DNA of 43,639 nt from a plasmid, in the sequence record CP102852.1. One strand, given 5' to 3'. The notes beneath the pieces were generated by a model. It did no database searches and was not told the origin of the DNA. It saw only the letters and a list, made by a program, of their open reading frames with translations. Positions 18,579 through 27,700 of this stretch are shown here, in pieces (position 1 is the stretch's first letter; each line of letters opens with the position of its first letter). Position numbers and translations under genes: made by a program.

Positions 18579-18704
18579 AGTACGCCTCCTTATTTACAAT
18601 CCAAGCATATCATAGCATGGTGTGATATGCAATGCTTGTTTTTTGTTGTTTTGACATCGTTTGTATGTTATAATGGCGCTAAATAAAGAAAGGCGGGGAT
18701 AAAC

Positions 18705-18992
18705 ATGGCAACGAGTGCAACAACTATTCGTCTTGATAATGAGCTTAAAGAAAAATTGACAAAAGAATTAAGTGTTACCGGTTTAAGTATTAATGCTTAC
18801 TTTAACATGGCGGCAAGACAGTTAATACTCCAAAAGAAGATTCCGTTTGAAGTTCTGACTGAAACAGACGAACCGACAGAGGAAACTAGACGTGCCTTAG
18901 TGGCGGCAGAGGCTAAAGAGTTGGGGATTATTCCAGATGATGTCCCAGAATTTGATAATACACAAGATCTAAAGGATTTTTTGGATAACTAA
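18705..18992 (+). CDS. dinJ: RelB/DinJ-family antitoxin
   Basis: TIRLDNELKEKLTKELSVTGLSINAYFNMAARQLILQKKIPFEV is a DinJ-like RHH. The gene is followed 1 nt later by a yafQ-like gene. A promoter TTGTTT-17-TATAAT lies at 18641-18675. Confidence 0.8.
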   Translation: MATSATTIRLDNELKEKLTKELSVTGLSINAYFNMAARQLILQKKIPFEVLTETDEPTEETRRALVAAEAKELGIIPDDVPEFDNTQDLKDFLDN

Positions 18993-18993
18993 T

Positions 18994-19302
18994 ATGTATA
19001 AACTTAAACCTGAGCCACAATTCAAAAAAGATTATCGCCAACTTAAACGGGTACACCCTGAGCTAATCAATGATTTAATGCAAGCCTTAGAACAGCTTCA
19101 AATAAATGGTATCGTTAATCAGGAATATCAACCACATGTGCTAAAAAATCGGGGCGGTAATTATAATGGACACTATGAGTTTCATTTATTAGACGGGAAA
19201 GTGGATATTCTGGTCATTTATATGCCCCATAAGACTAATCCAGTGATCCGTTTAGTTCGAATCGGTGGGCACGATGAATTGTTTCATGGTAGTTTAAATT
19301 GA
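18994..19302 (+). CDS. yafQ: YafQ/RelE-family mRNA interferase toxin
   Basis: 102 aa. The motifs FKKDYRQLKR...YQPHVLKNRGGNYNGHYEFHL..G..DILVIY.......VIRLVRIGGHDELF match the YafQ pattern (KKD.K...KR, Y.DH.L.G.W.G.RE.HI, LLIY, L.RTGSHS.LF). Confidence 0.8.
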   Translation: MYKLKPEPQFKKDYRQLKRVHPELINDLMQALEQLQINGIVNQEYQPHVLKNRGGNYNGHYEFHLLDGKVDILVIYMPHKTNPVIRLVRIGGHDELFHGSLN

Positions 19303-19504
19303 ATATCAAAAAAACTAGCAAATCTCCCAGGTTCAGGGATTATCTTGCTAGTTTCTATCGCTTCTTGTGATAATGACCATGGAATAATTTCTTATGAGAA
19401 CCAATATTAGCAGCAACGAGTACTAAATCTTGATTGCTAACTTTATAATGCTGCTTTATAAGTTGGAGTTGGGACCAAGGTCGATAAAATTTTGAAAACT
19501 AATA

Positions 19505-20437
19505 GTGAAGATAAGGGTTATGACGCAGCCGGTAAAATGGTCCAAAATACCTTTGGAAAGCGAGCGGGTGCATGATATGTTTAAACTTACGTATGACCAA
19601 GTAAGACAATTTATAAAAAAATCGGTACTATATGATATGCGATCATATGTTGAATCTGGGCTAGGAGCAAGGATTATCAGCCTATTAGTAGCCACTTTCT
19701 TCATGATCCCTTTAGTTATGATAGTTGGAATTGGTACTACTATATCATTGAATAATTTATTTGGGATTAACATTCCGTTATTATCAAAGATTTTTGTACC
19801 TATATTTATTATTATAGGGTCTTTATCAGAATTAGGTTTTCTAATATCCGTGTTTATTCCAAGAAAGAATATTGCTGAATTTGGTCTTAGAAGTGATATC
19901 ATCTGGTCTCCGCTTATATTTGGAATGATATTTCTTGTTGTACCATTAGGTGTTGGTTCATTGATATATAGTTGTGGTTATACTGTGTTTTTGATACAAA
20001 CAATCGTAATATTGCTATATTTAGTTTTTAAGATTAGTACGTTAGGAAATAAGCGTGAAACCAAAAAAACGGCTTATAGAAGGTTTATAAGCTGGTTTAA
20101 CCTAGGTCATACAATGATTATCTTAATAGCCATGGATGCTGCACTTATCATAATTAATCTATTTACAAATAAGGTACCACTTGGATTATCTTTAATCAGT
20201 ATGATCTATAGTATCTTTATGCCTTTTATGATTTTATTCAATTTTTATATGTTTGGTAAGATTTATAAGGAAATTTACGTAGTTAAGTATGCTCGTCAAT
20301 TTCAATATGATTGGAAAATTCCCGATAAAGAATGGTGGTTTACGGCCAAAAGGGCAGCGAAACATCCACGGGTTTACCCGCCAGTAGAGGAGGAAACAAA
20401 GGAACCGACACCAAAAGAGGAAAATAAGCATGGATGA
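19505..20437 (+). CDS. hypothetical integral membrane protein (about 6 TM)
   Basis: 310 aa with six hydrophobic segments. There is no RBS before either the GTG at 19505 or the ATG at 19520. The paralog at 41077-41913 differs by an in-frame TAA. Confidence 0.55.
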   Translation: MKIRVMTQPVKWSKIPLESERVHDMFKLTYDQVRQFIKKSVLYDMRSYVESGLGARIISLLVATFFMIPLVMIVGIGTTISLNNLFGINIPLLSKIFVPIFIIIGSLSELGFLISVFIPRKNIAEFGLRSDIIWSPLIFGMIFLVVPLGVGSLIYSCGYTVFLIQTIVILLYLVFKISTLGNKRETKKTAYRRFISWFNLGHTMIILIAMDAALIIINLFTNKVPLGLSLISMIYSIFMPFMILFNFYMFGKIYKEIYVVKYARQFQYDWKIPDKEWWFTAKRAAKHPRVYPPVEEETKEPTPKEENKHG

Positions 20438-20672
20438 TAACGGATCTAATTTTTCGTATAAAACCTATTTATGGGGAATTATCGGATGTATAATCTTTGC
20501 TTTGATTTACACACCACTAGTTTGGCTACCAACCATAAGAGTTCGGTCCCAAACTGGTGAAGGACTTAATAGCACTGGCTTTTGGATCATTAATTGTATT
20601 GGTGTCGCGCCCTTTATTGCCATTTACGGGCTCATAAAAGTAGTAATTAAGAAATGGTATAAAGAGAAATGA
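20430..20672 (+). CDS. hypothetical small two-TM membrane protein
   Basis: 80 aa. Its start overlaps the stop of the upstream gene (ATGGATGA). The paralog at 40731-40979 is only about 70% identical at the protein level. Confidence 0.5.
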   Translation: MDDNGSNFSYKTYLWGIIGCIIFALIYTPLVWLPTIRVRSQTGEGLNSTGFWIINCIGVAPFIAIYGLIKVVIKKWYKEK

Positions 20673-21016
20673 GGTAAGTATATGGATTCAAAAACACAAA
20701 TCATTGAACAATACTAGAAGGCTCTTTACAAAGTTCTACTTTTCGACTTTCGATTAACTTACACAAATCGTCTTCCAATAAATAATTTAGAAGATCATTT
20801 CCTATTCTTTCTCCAAAGTGGAAATTTCGCTCCGAGAAATCTAAGCAACAGGGTACAGTGGTTTGATTTACTTTACAAAACTTGCTGAATATATTTTTCC
20901 CTTTTTCAGCAAAGGAATAGTTAACTTTATCAGAAGTGAGGATTAGATATTTAGCCTAGTTAAATATGGTTGAATCTGTACGCCAGATAACGTACGATAT
21001 TACTGAGGTGATGAGA

Positions 21017-21301
21017 ATGGCAAGAATTGAAGCTCGAATTGACGGAACTATTAAAAGTAAAGCCAAAGACGTATTAGCTAACCATGGTCTAACAATTTCT
21101 GATTTTATGCGCATGACATTAACAACAGTTGCTCATGATGGTTTACCTAAATATTATTCAATCCCTAATCGGCAGTTAAAAAATTCGATTCAAGAAGTTA
21201 TTGATGATCTATCTGGAAAAGAAAAGCTACCCGGAGCCCGTAACCTTAAAGAATTAGATCAATTGCTTAGCTCCGATGACGCATTGGAGTCTTCAAAATA
21301 A
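21017..21301 (+). CDS. dinJ: RelB/DinJ-family antitoxin (second copy)
   Basis: MARIEARIDGTIKSKAKDVLANHGLTISDFMRMTLTTVAHDGLP. GAGGTG lies 6 nt upstream of the ATG at 21017. Confidence 0.7.
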   Translation: MARIEARIDGTIKSKAKDVLANHGLTISDFMRMTLTTVAHDGLPKYYSIPNRQLKNSIQEVIDDLSGKEKLPGARNLKELDQLLSSDDALESSK

Positions 21302-21512
21302 ATGGCGAGAGTAATTAAATATACCAAAGCTTTTAAAAAAACAGTTTAAAAAGCGGCGCCAAGACCCCAAGTGGCGTTCAATATTTAAAAGTTCACTACC
21401 TCAAGAGCTTGATGATCAAAAGCGGAGTCCTTGGAAATATATTATTCAGTGCTTAATTGAAGATAAAACCATTCCAGATTATTTTTATCCGCATACTTTA
21501 GAAGGTGTTACA
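21302..21512 (+). pseudogene. yafQ: yafQ-like toxin gene, frameshifted and disrupted by insertion
   Basis: The gene starts MARVIKYTKAFKKTV*. An A7 run here (A6 in copy B) introduces a stop. Homology to YafQ continues to ...DYFYPHALEG and then breaks at the junction with the GC-rich cassette. Confidence 0.6.
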
Positions 21513-22139
21513 ATGGAAAAGCAAGAAACGACAAGAAAGAAAAAAAGGTTTGATATGAAAAGGTCTTTCAGGCGGATTTCCGCTGTCATAGCAACGATGG
21601 CTTTCACGACAGGTCTGGCCGCCTGCGGTTCCTCCCAGTCGACTGCCCCATCGGCGAACAAAGCCACTTCCTCCGTCACTGCCCCCCAGGGCTGGAAGAA
21701 GTTCACGTCCAAGGATCTGGGCTATTCCGTCTATTTCCCGGGCGTTCCGGAGAAGGACACCTATAAGGATCCCACCGGCGCTTATGCCCGCTATTCGACG
21801 GTCAATGACAAGGATCACATCAACTACGCTGTGTCCGTCACCAAATTCACTCGGAAGCAAGTCGAGGACTCCAAGGGGTTCAATGACGCGCAGAAACGTA
21901 AGGTCTTGACCAATGTCGCTCGTCTTCTGCAGATTGACAAGTATTCCTTCACCACCGTGGACGGGCATATGGCCATTTCCTACACCGGTCACGATAGCGA
22001 GGACCCCTCGGTGATCATGCGTCGAGAGGTCGTTTACTCGTCCGCTGGCATCTATGGCCTCGAATCCTTTGGAACTTCCAGCTCGGAATACAAGCAGTTC
22101 GTCGATACCTTCCGGCTTTCCGAAGATACGCAAGAATGA
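21513..22139 (+). CDS. lipoprotein of unknown function on a GC-rich foreign cassette
   Basis: The likely start is the ATG at 21555 (MKRSFRRISAVIATMAFTTGLAAC), preceded by AAAGG. It has a signal peptide with an L-A-A-C lipobox. The base composition is markedly GC-rich compared with the flanks. Copy B is near-identical. Confidence 0.6.
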   Translation: MEKQETTRKKKRFDMKRSFRRISAVIATMAFTTGLAACGSSQSTAPSANKATSSVTAPQGWKKFTSKDLGYSVYFPGVPEKDTYKDPTGAYARYSTVNDKDHINYAVSVTKFTRKQVEDSKGFNDAQKRKVLTNVARLLQIDKYSFTTVDGHMAISYTGHDSEDPSVIMRREVVYSSAGIYGLESFGTSSSEYKQFVDTFRLSEDTQE

Positions 22140-22152
22140 AAGGAGGGCTTCC

Positions 22153-22235
22153 ATGATTTGCCACTGGCTCTACCTACTCCCAGGGGACGCCCACCCCGGA
22201 TTGGATGGCTCCCGTCATGGGAGTCGTGATCGGTC
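22153..22235 (+). pseudogene. small membrane protein gene of the GC-rich cassette, frameshifted and truncated in copy A
   Basis: AAGGAGGG lies before the ATG. Copy A reads ATGATTTGCC against ATGATTTTCGCC in copy B. Homology to copy B ends at 22235. Confidence 0.4.
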
Positions 22236-22407
22236 GGGAGATCAATTAATTTAAAGTATGTTGTTACTAGGGGTTGCCAAAAATCTGTGGTTGGGTTGAA
22301 TCCGTCATAATCAATGATAATTTTGGTGAATTCAATTACATCTGTCAGGTTATGTTTCATTAAATCAAAATCACTTGTCCTATCCATATCGCCAGAGTTT
22401 ACAGTTA

Positions 22408-23118
22408 TATTGTGTACTACGGTTATAGTATGGTCAAGTTTACTACTGGCGATATGACTAGTCTTGGTATTATAAGGTTAGTTATGTTCAGTAATGATTA
22501 TCAAAAGAAGGAGATGATTTCTTATGATTGAGAAAGAAAAAGTTTTAAGCGATGCACCAAAGGTTCTAAATTCTGATAACAATCCTTGGGAAGTTGCTGT
22601 TGAAGGAGATTCGATTATTGGTACATGGAAATGGATGGATGCCCGGTTTTTCACTGAGGGTGGAATCTCCGATGAGGACAAAGATTTTACTTTTACAGTC
22701 ACTTTGAAAGATAACGGGAAATGGAAGGAAATTGATAGCACTTCTAGTAAGACATCAAGTATTAGGATGCATAACGGTAAACTATCTTTCAGTAAAGACA
22801 TCTCCTTTTCTAAGGGAAAGACTTATCAGAAAAGTATTTCTTTTGGTATTGGACAGGACAAGAAGAGCGGTAAAGTTGGAATTGTTGAATCTAAGTTAGA
22901 TACTTCAATCATTAAAAAGTCGATTCGAGATTATTTGAAACAATGTGGCTGGAAGAAAGCTGGACTATTTGGATAGGAAATTATATGGTTCACGTGATGT
23001 AATACTGTTAGCAACAGGACTAAAGTTACTATTGCATAATATCAAAAGGCCCGTTACCTCGTGGGGAAGGTAGCGGGCTTTTTGAGAACAGGCAAAAGAA
23101 AAGCCATGCTAATCAATA
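22408..23118. repeat. 710-bp direct repeat, copy 2
   Basis: See the entry for 9690-10402. The 19-bp inverted repeat present in copy 1 is degenerate here. Confidence 0.85.
22524..22976 (+). CDS. hypothetical 150-aa protein (paralog of 9807-10259)
   Basis: Near-identical ORF with the same RBS. Confidence 0.6.
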   Translation: MIEKEKVLSDAPKVLNSDNNPWEVAVEGDSIIGTWKWMDARFFTEGGISDEDKDFTFTVTLKDNGKWKEIDSTSSKTSSIRMHNGKLSFSKDISFSKGKTYQKSISFGIGQDKKSGKVGIVESKLDTSIIKKSIRDYLKQCGWKKAGLFG

Positions 23119-23119
23119 C

Positions 23120-23183
23120 GTACAATACCCCTTAGGGTTGACACTTTAAATAATAAAAGTGTGAATCCTAAGGGGTATTGTAC
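23120..23183. repeat. 64-bp near-perfect palindrome (28-bp arms, 8-nt loop)
   Basis: GTACAATACCCCTTAGGGTTGACACTTT aaataata AAAGTGTGAATCCTAAGGGGTATTGTAC, with 26 of 28 arm positions complementary. It abuts the end of repeat copy 2. Confidence 0.7.
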
Positions 23184-23503
23184 GACGATAATCATTCTAG
23201 AATTACATTTTGATGGTCATAATGGCGATCATTTATTGGTTTTAATATCGAACTTTTATCATTAAATTTATAGTGTATGTGGAAAACAAGTGTGTGCTAA
23301 AATTAAACCTAATTATAAAAAATATAGTCCCCTTCAAATTTTATTTGAAAATATTAATGGGAGCTAAAACTGACCCACAATCTGGTTAATATGGTGGTCG
23401 GTAAAAAAGTTAAGTTAGTTTAACTAGAAAGTTAATAGGTGCATGATATGTTTATTTTGCTGCTCATAAAAAAACGGTTTTTAATTTACCTGACATATAA
23501 GTC

Positions 23504-23712
23504 TCATCTTTTTATATTAAGCTTTTTGCGATATCTGATAAAGGTCGTCCGCTTAATCCCGGTATTACGAGCCACATCTACATCACTCATGCCCGCCTGA
23601 TAAAGTTTAAAAGCATGTTGCAACCGGGGATCATCTTTGGCATATTGAGGCTTCCGACCATGATATTTGCCTTGTTGTTTAGCCAGGGCAGTTATTATTC
23701 GTGCGTTTGGGT
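23504..23712 (-). pseudogene. C-terminal (HTH-domain) fragment of a serine recombinase
   Basis: ...ALAKQQGKYHGRKPQYAKDDPRLQHAFKLYQAGMSDVDVARNTGIKRTTFIRYRKKLNIKR matches residues 135-196 or so of the intact resolvase at 30094-30684. It includes the same roughly 100-bp 3' flank. Confidence 0.7.
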
Positions 23713-24279
23713 AATTTCCTTGTAGCGGTAACAAGAAATTTCGTGATCGTTGACCAGCCCAGCAGCTTGCATAAAAGAATATACAACGACCGGACCCGTA
23801 AACTTAAAACCATCTGACTTCATTTGATTACTAATTTGCCTAGCAGTTTGATCGGTCCTGGGTAGATCTTTATGTGATTGATAATGATGTTGAATTGGTG
23901 TCCACTTGATGAAGTCCCAGAGGTACTGATTGAATGATTTATTTTGAGTTTCGAGTGAATCAATAATCCTTGCATTAGAAATAATTGCTAAGATTTTCCG
24001 TCGGTTTCGAATAATTTTGTCATTAGTCAACAATTGGGGGAGTTGGGAGTCTAGCATTTGAACTGTTCGATAATCAAAATTTTCAAATGCAGCCTTCAAA
24101 GCCTGCCGCTTATTGAGCACCGTCTGCCAACTTAATCCGGCTTGCATAATTTCTAAAGACAAGAGTTCGAATAGCATTCGGTTATTATGGCAGGGCCGAC
24201 CCCACTCATGATCGTGATAGTCTCTTAGAAGAGCATTATCCGTATTAGCCCATGAACATCTGGTTAGATTTGTCTTCAA
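23695..24279 (-). CDS. tag: DNA-3-methyladenine glycosylase I
   Basis: RCSWANTDNALLRDYHDHEWGRP...LSLEIMQAGLSWQTVLNKR...FTGPVVVYSFMQAAGLVNDH closely parallels E. coli Tag (RCGWVSQDPLYIAYHDNEWG...QQAGLSW...YSFMQACGLVNDH). Confidence 0.85.
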   Translation of the reverse strand: MKTNLTRCSWANTDNALLRDYHDHEWGRPCHNNRMLFELLSLEIMQAGLSWQTVLNKRQALKAAFENFDYRTVQMLDSQLPQLLTNDKIIRNRRKILAIISNARIIDSLETQNKSFNQYLWDFIKWTPIQHHYQSHKDLPRTDQTARQISNQMKSDGFKFTGPVVVYSFMQAAGLVNDHEISCYRYKEITQTHE

Positions 24280-24871
24280 GAAAATCCTCCTTAAACCAAC
24301 GTGCCAAAGGAATATTAATTCTTATCTGACGCTTACTAGTTAATGCAACCACATCGTTTTTAACCAATTGCGATAGTAGTCTGGTTCCCAACGCTCCCGA
24401 TAAGTGGGGTAGGCGTTCCGAAAAATCAATACACGTCTGCAAACGCGTTTGCTGGACTGATTCCACTAGAAAATGGCTAAATTGACGTTTCCCTTGAGCA
24501 GTTAAAACATAGTTATCCAAAGATAGTCTCTCAACTAAGTGGTTTTGGTTTAACCATTGGAATAGTTGCACCCCCGCCTGTCCAGCTAAATGATGATAAC
24601 AAGTTCTGGCCTGACCAATTTGAATAGCTAATTTCCGCTGAGACAGCTTATCCCACGTTTTTTTTCCCAGATCAGATGTCGATTTGGTTACGTCAGTTAA
24701 TTTGAAGTAACTTCTGCCGGCGAAGAAACGTCGCTCTATTAATCGGTCCTTCTCTAATTTTTTAAGCTGTTGTTGGCCAATCAGATGGTCAATATTAGTC
24801 GCTTTGCAAATCTCATTGAGAGTCAAAAACCTCTGGCAACTCAATGTTGATAGTATTTTTTCAGTTAACAT
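24245..24871 (-). CDS. putative winged-helix transcriptional regulator (family uncertain)
   Basis: 208 aa. The N-terminal LTLNEICKATNIDHLIGQQQLKKLEKDRLIERR looks like a wHTH. The 3' end overlaps the tag start by 35 nt. Confidence 0.45.
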   Translation of the reverse strand: MLTEKILSTLSCQRFLTLNEICKATNIDHLIGQQQLKKLEKDRLIERRFFAGRSYFKLTDVTKSTSDLGKKTWDKLSQRKLAIQIGQARTCYHHLAGQAGVQLFQWLNQNHLVERLSLDNYVLTAQGKRQFSHFLVESVQQTRLQTCIDFSERLPHLSGALGTRLLSQLVKNDVVALTSKRQIRINIPLARWFKEDFLEDKSNQMFMG

Positions 24872-24891
24872 GTTTAAAATCCTCCTTTAAA

Positions 24892-25992
24892 TTAATTTTC
24901 TTGATTTAAATATGAATAGAACCCGGGAATGAGATCGGCAATTAAGCTGGTCGGGGAGTACAATACAAATTTACGGTCCTTTTGAGTTTTGACTAACCTA
25001 GCTTGTTTTAGAAGCTTTAAATGATGGGACACTGTGGATGCACTCATGGTCATAATCTGACCTAATGATTGAGTTGTTAGGGGTTCATCAGCTAAATACT
25101 TCAGCATTCGCAATCGAACCGGATCACTTAAAGCCTTAAATACACTGACTAACTCATCTGTATTCACCTTAGTTTTTATTTTATTAAGAGAATCATAGGT
25201 AATGGTTACTCCGCCGGCAAAACGATCAACAAAAAGATGCGGCCAAACAAAATAACTTGGTACCAATAAAATGACATCGTGGTTTCCTAAATCAATTTGC
25301 TGGTCAAATGGTTTAGTGACGATTAGCTGATCTTGTTGCCAATGCAATCGATCAACCTCCAGATGATTAACAAGCTTGACAAAGCCATTATCTCGTAAAT
25401 ATTTTGACTGATCTTTAATTTCATTAACCAGAAATTGGCTAAGAGAACGATCTACCCAAGTTTGATCAAAAACTCGGTTTCGATAATCTGCAATAAATGC
25501 AAATAGCTGCTCATAAACCTTGGCAGGATTAACGCGCAAGTCTTTTAAGAGTTGGTGTGGATTAGTTGGTTGATAATCTCGCCACTCCAAGCTTTTAGCC
25601 ATTTTAGGAATAAATTGATTTTCGCGCTGCTGAGCAACTTGTACCAAGCTTTTGACGACAACTTGTGGATCCTCGTGAGATAAAAATTGTTTTAAATTGT
25701 CGATTTCATCATCTAAGTTCGCGGTTAGCTGTTCAAAGTTATTAAAAAATATTGGCGGCGTTCCTAATTCATAAATTAATTCAAAATAGTGGAGTTGATT
25801 AAAAAAATCGTCGGTTAAGGATCGTTGTGCTTCCAGTGTCCAATCGATGTTCATACCATGGTGGCGGGGGTTCAATAGCACATGTAGGCTTCTAAACAAT
25901 TCATTTAGCGGAGAATATACAAACTGAATTCGTTGAGTAAGGGTTTCATTGGTTTGACAGGCATAGTTGCCGAACTTAATTTTAATAGTCAT
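24892..25992 (-). CDS. ArsR-family transcriptional regulator with a large N-terminal domain
   Basis: The C-terminal FKALSDPVRLRMLKYLADEPLTTQSLGQIMTMSASTVSHHLKLLKQARLV is an ArsR HTH. It is divergent from the MFS transporter gene. Confidence 0.7.
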   Translation of the reverse strand: MTIKIKFGNYACQTNETLTQRIQFVYSPLNELFRSLHVLLNPRHHGMNIDWTLEAQRSLTDDFFNQLHYFELIYELGTPPIFFNNFEQLTANLDDEIDNLKQFLSHEDPQVVVKSLVQVAQQRENQFIPKMAKSLEWRDYQPTNPHQLLKDLRVNPAKVYEQLFAFIADYRNRVFDQTWVDRSLSQFLVNEIKDQSKYLRDNGFVKLVNHLEVDRLHWQQDQLIVTKPFDQQIDLGNHDVILLVPSYFVWPHLFVDRFAGGVTITYDSLNKIKTKVNTDELVSVFKALSDPVRLRMLKYLADEPLTTQSLGQIMTMSASTVSHHLKLLKQARLVKTQKDRKFVLYSPTSLIADLIPGFYSYLNQEN

Positions 25993-26096
25993 AAATGTTG
26001 CCTTTCGATTTCAAAATTTTAGAATCGTTTGATTGTACTTAAAAACAATTCTATCATGAAATTACGGTAATTCAAGGGAGGTCCTTTTTATGATTA

Positions 26097-27482
26097 ATGA
26101 TAGTAGGTGTGTGTATAATGACTAAGCGAACTAAGAATCACTTAATCATTCTTATTGCTGGCATGGGAATGTTACTTTCGACATTAGATACTGGAATTAT
26201 TAATGTTGCGTTACCTTTTTTGCAGCATCAGTTTCACTCGACTACCAGTATTGCTGCTCTAAGTGTAGTTGGCTATACAACTAGCTTAGCAGTGTTGATT
26301 TTGCCCTTCGGTTATCTAAGCGATCAAATTGGTAAGCTCAAAGTTTCTTTGACCGGATTAATAATATTTGGCTTCGGATCGATTTTATGTGGGTTAGCGA
26401 CTAATATTTCGGGTCTGATTATCTTTCGGATTATTCAAGGGATTGGCGCAGCTGCTTTACAAGCAACATCAGCTGCTCTAATCACCACGCTTATGGATCA
26501 CGACCGTGTCTCCAAGGCTCTGGGGATACTAGGAATCATGATTGGCTTGGGTCCTATTCTAGGACCATCAATTGGCGGTTTCTTTTTAGCTTTAAATGTA
26601 TGGCGATTAATTTTCTGGATCAATGTGCCTTTCGCAATATTAGGATTGATTTGTAATTACTTATTGATTCACCAAATTCATGAAAATACTGCGAAGCAAA
26701 GATTTGATTTATCGGGTAGCATTATTAATGCCACAATGATTATTTGTTTATTGGCTGGTTTTTCGCTTCTCAGTAAGGCAACTAGTTTCAAGCTGGCTGT
26801 TCCACTAATTATTTGCGGATTAGTTTTAGGGGTATGCTTCTATACATTTGAATTTAGACTAAATGAGCCTCTAGTAGACTTCCGAACTCTTTCTAAAGCC
26901 CCCAAGATCTGGCTATATCTGCTACAAACCGCAGTCTTTGGATTTGCATCGGCAATTGTCTTTTTAATTCCGCCCTTTCTTTTCGAAAAGGTTATGCATA
27001 TTGACGTTGGAGTAACGGGACTATTAGTCCTAGGTGCACCGGTTGGATTAGTCATTTTCTCACGGGTTTCTGGTAGTCAAAATGACGGTTCCAAAAATCA
27101 GAAGTTTAGCCGTTGGGGTCTCGTGGTTATTGCACTAGCCTTTGCTGGTTTGCTTTTAGTTGGTGTTCAATGGCCGCCAATTGTTGTAACTAGTTGCCTG
27201 TTCCTATTTGGTGTCGGTGGAGGTTATTTTCAGCCAGCTAATATTGGCAATATCATGCAATCAGGTTCCGCTAACAGCCAAGGTACAATCGGTTCACTAC
27301 AACGAATGGTGCAAAACATCGCCATTGCAAGTGGTACAGCTATAGGATCAACCTTGATTAATTTAACCTCCCCTAATCTCTTCCTCGGGATTCAAGTAAA
27401 TTGGTATTTGGCTTTATTCGTAGTAGTCATCATTATCATTGCTGACATTTTAATAAATTTTTTATATTCCAAAAACATTTAA
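26097..27482 (+). CDS. MFS transporter, 14-TM drug:H+ antiporter (DHA2-like)
   Basis: 461 aa. Alternative start at 26118, MTKRTK. It has the MFS signature LSDQIGKLK and a hydrophobic profile consistent with an EmrB/QacA-type pump. Confidence 0.8.
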   Translation: MIVGVCIMTKRTKNHLIILIAGMGMLLSTLDTGIINVALPFLQHQFHSTTSIAALSVVGYTTSLAVLILPFGYLSDQIGKLKVSLTGLIIFGFGSILCGLATNISGLIIFRIIQGIGAAALQATSAALITTLMDHDRVSKALGILGIMIGLGPILGPSIGGFFLALNVWRLIFWINVPFAILGLICNYLLIHQIHENTAKQRFDLSGSIINATMIICLLAGFSLLSKATSFKLAVPLIICGLVLGVCFYTFEFRLNEPLVDFRTLSKAPKIWLYLLQTAVFGFASAIVFLIPPFLFEKVMHIDVGVTGLLVLGAPVGLVIFSRVSGSQNDGSKNQKFSRWGLVVIALAFAGLLLVGVQWPPIVVTSCLFLFGVGGGYFQPANIGNIMQSGSANSQGTIGSLQRMVQNIAIASGTAIGSTLINLTSPNLFLGIQVNWYLALFVVVIIIIADILINFLYSKNI

Positions 27483-27551
27483 ATGGATTTACTAATCTAG
27501 TTAAGATTATTGAGTAGACAAACAGGGAACGCCTTTGTTAGTTAGCACTGC

Positions 27552-27700
27552 CTAACTGAAAGGGCGTTCCCTGTTTCCCCTGATCCCGTATTTTTTACGA
27601 TATCGAATAAAAGTTGTTCGCTTAATCCCGGTATTACGGGCCACATCTACATCACTCATACCACCTTGATAGAGCTTAAAAGCATGTTGCAAGCGGGGGT
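27552..27700 (-). pseudogene. second serine-recombinase C-terminal fragment
   Basis: RLQHAFKLYQGGMSDVDVARNTGIKRTTFIRYRKK, followed by a divergent tail. Confidence 0.65.

Larger units (their letters stand above)
19436..22235. repeat. large inverted duplication, copy A (partner at 39795-41990, reverse orientation)
   Basis: Matching gene content: a six-TM protein, a small two-TM protein, a yafQ fragment, a lipoprotein and a small membrane gene. About 640 bp (spacer plus dinJ, 20673-21301) is present only in copy A. Confidence 0.85.

Noticed and set aside
19456-19902. 148-aa minus-strand ORF (and its twin at 41507-41860 on the plus strand)
   Set aside because: Antisense to the 6-TM membrane protein genes of the duplicated module. 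Duplicated only because the module is duplicated.
21498-22154. 218-aa minus-strand ORF (and its twin at 39866-40534 on the plus strand) antisense to the lipoprotein gene
   Set aside because: This is the long-antisense-ORF artefact typical of GC-rich DNA. It has no RBS and overlaps a gene that carries a convincing signal peptide and lipobox.
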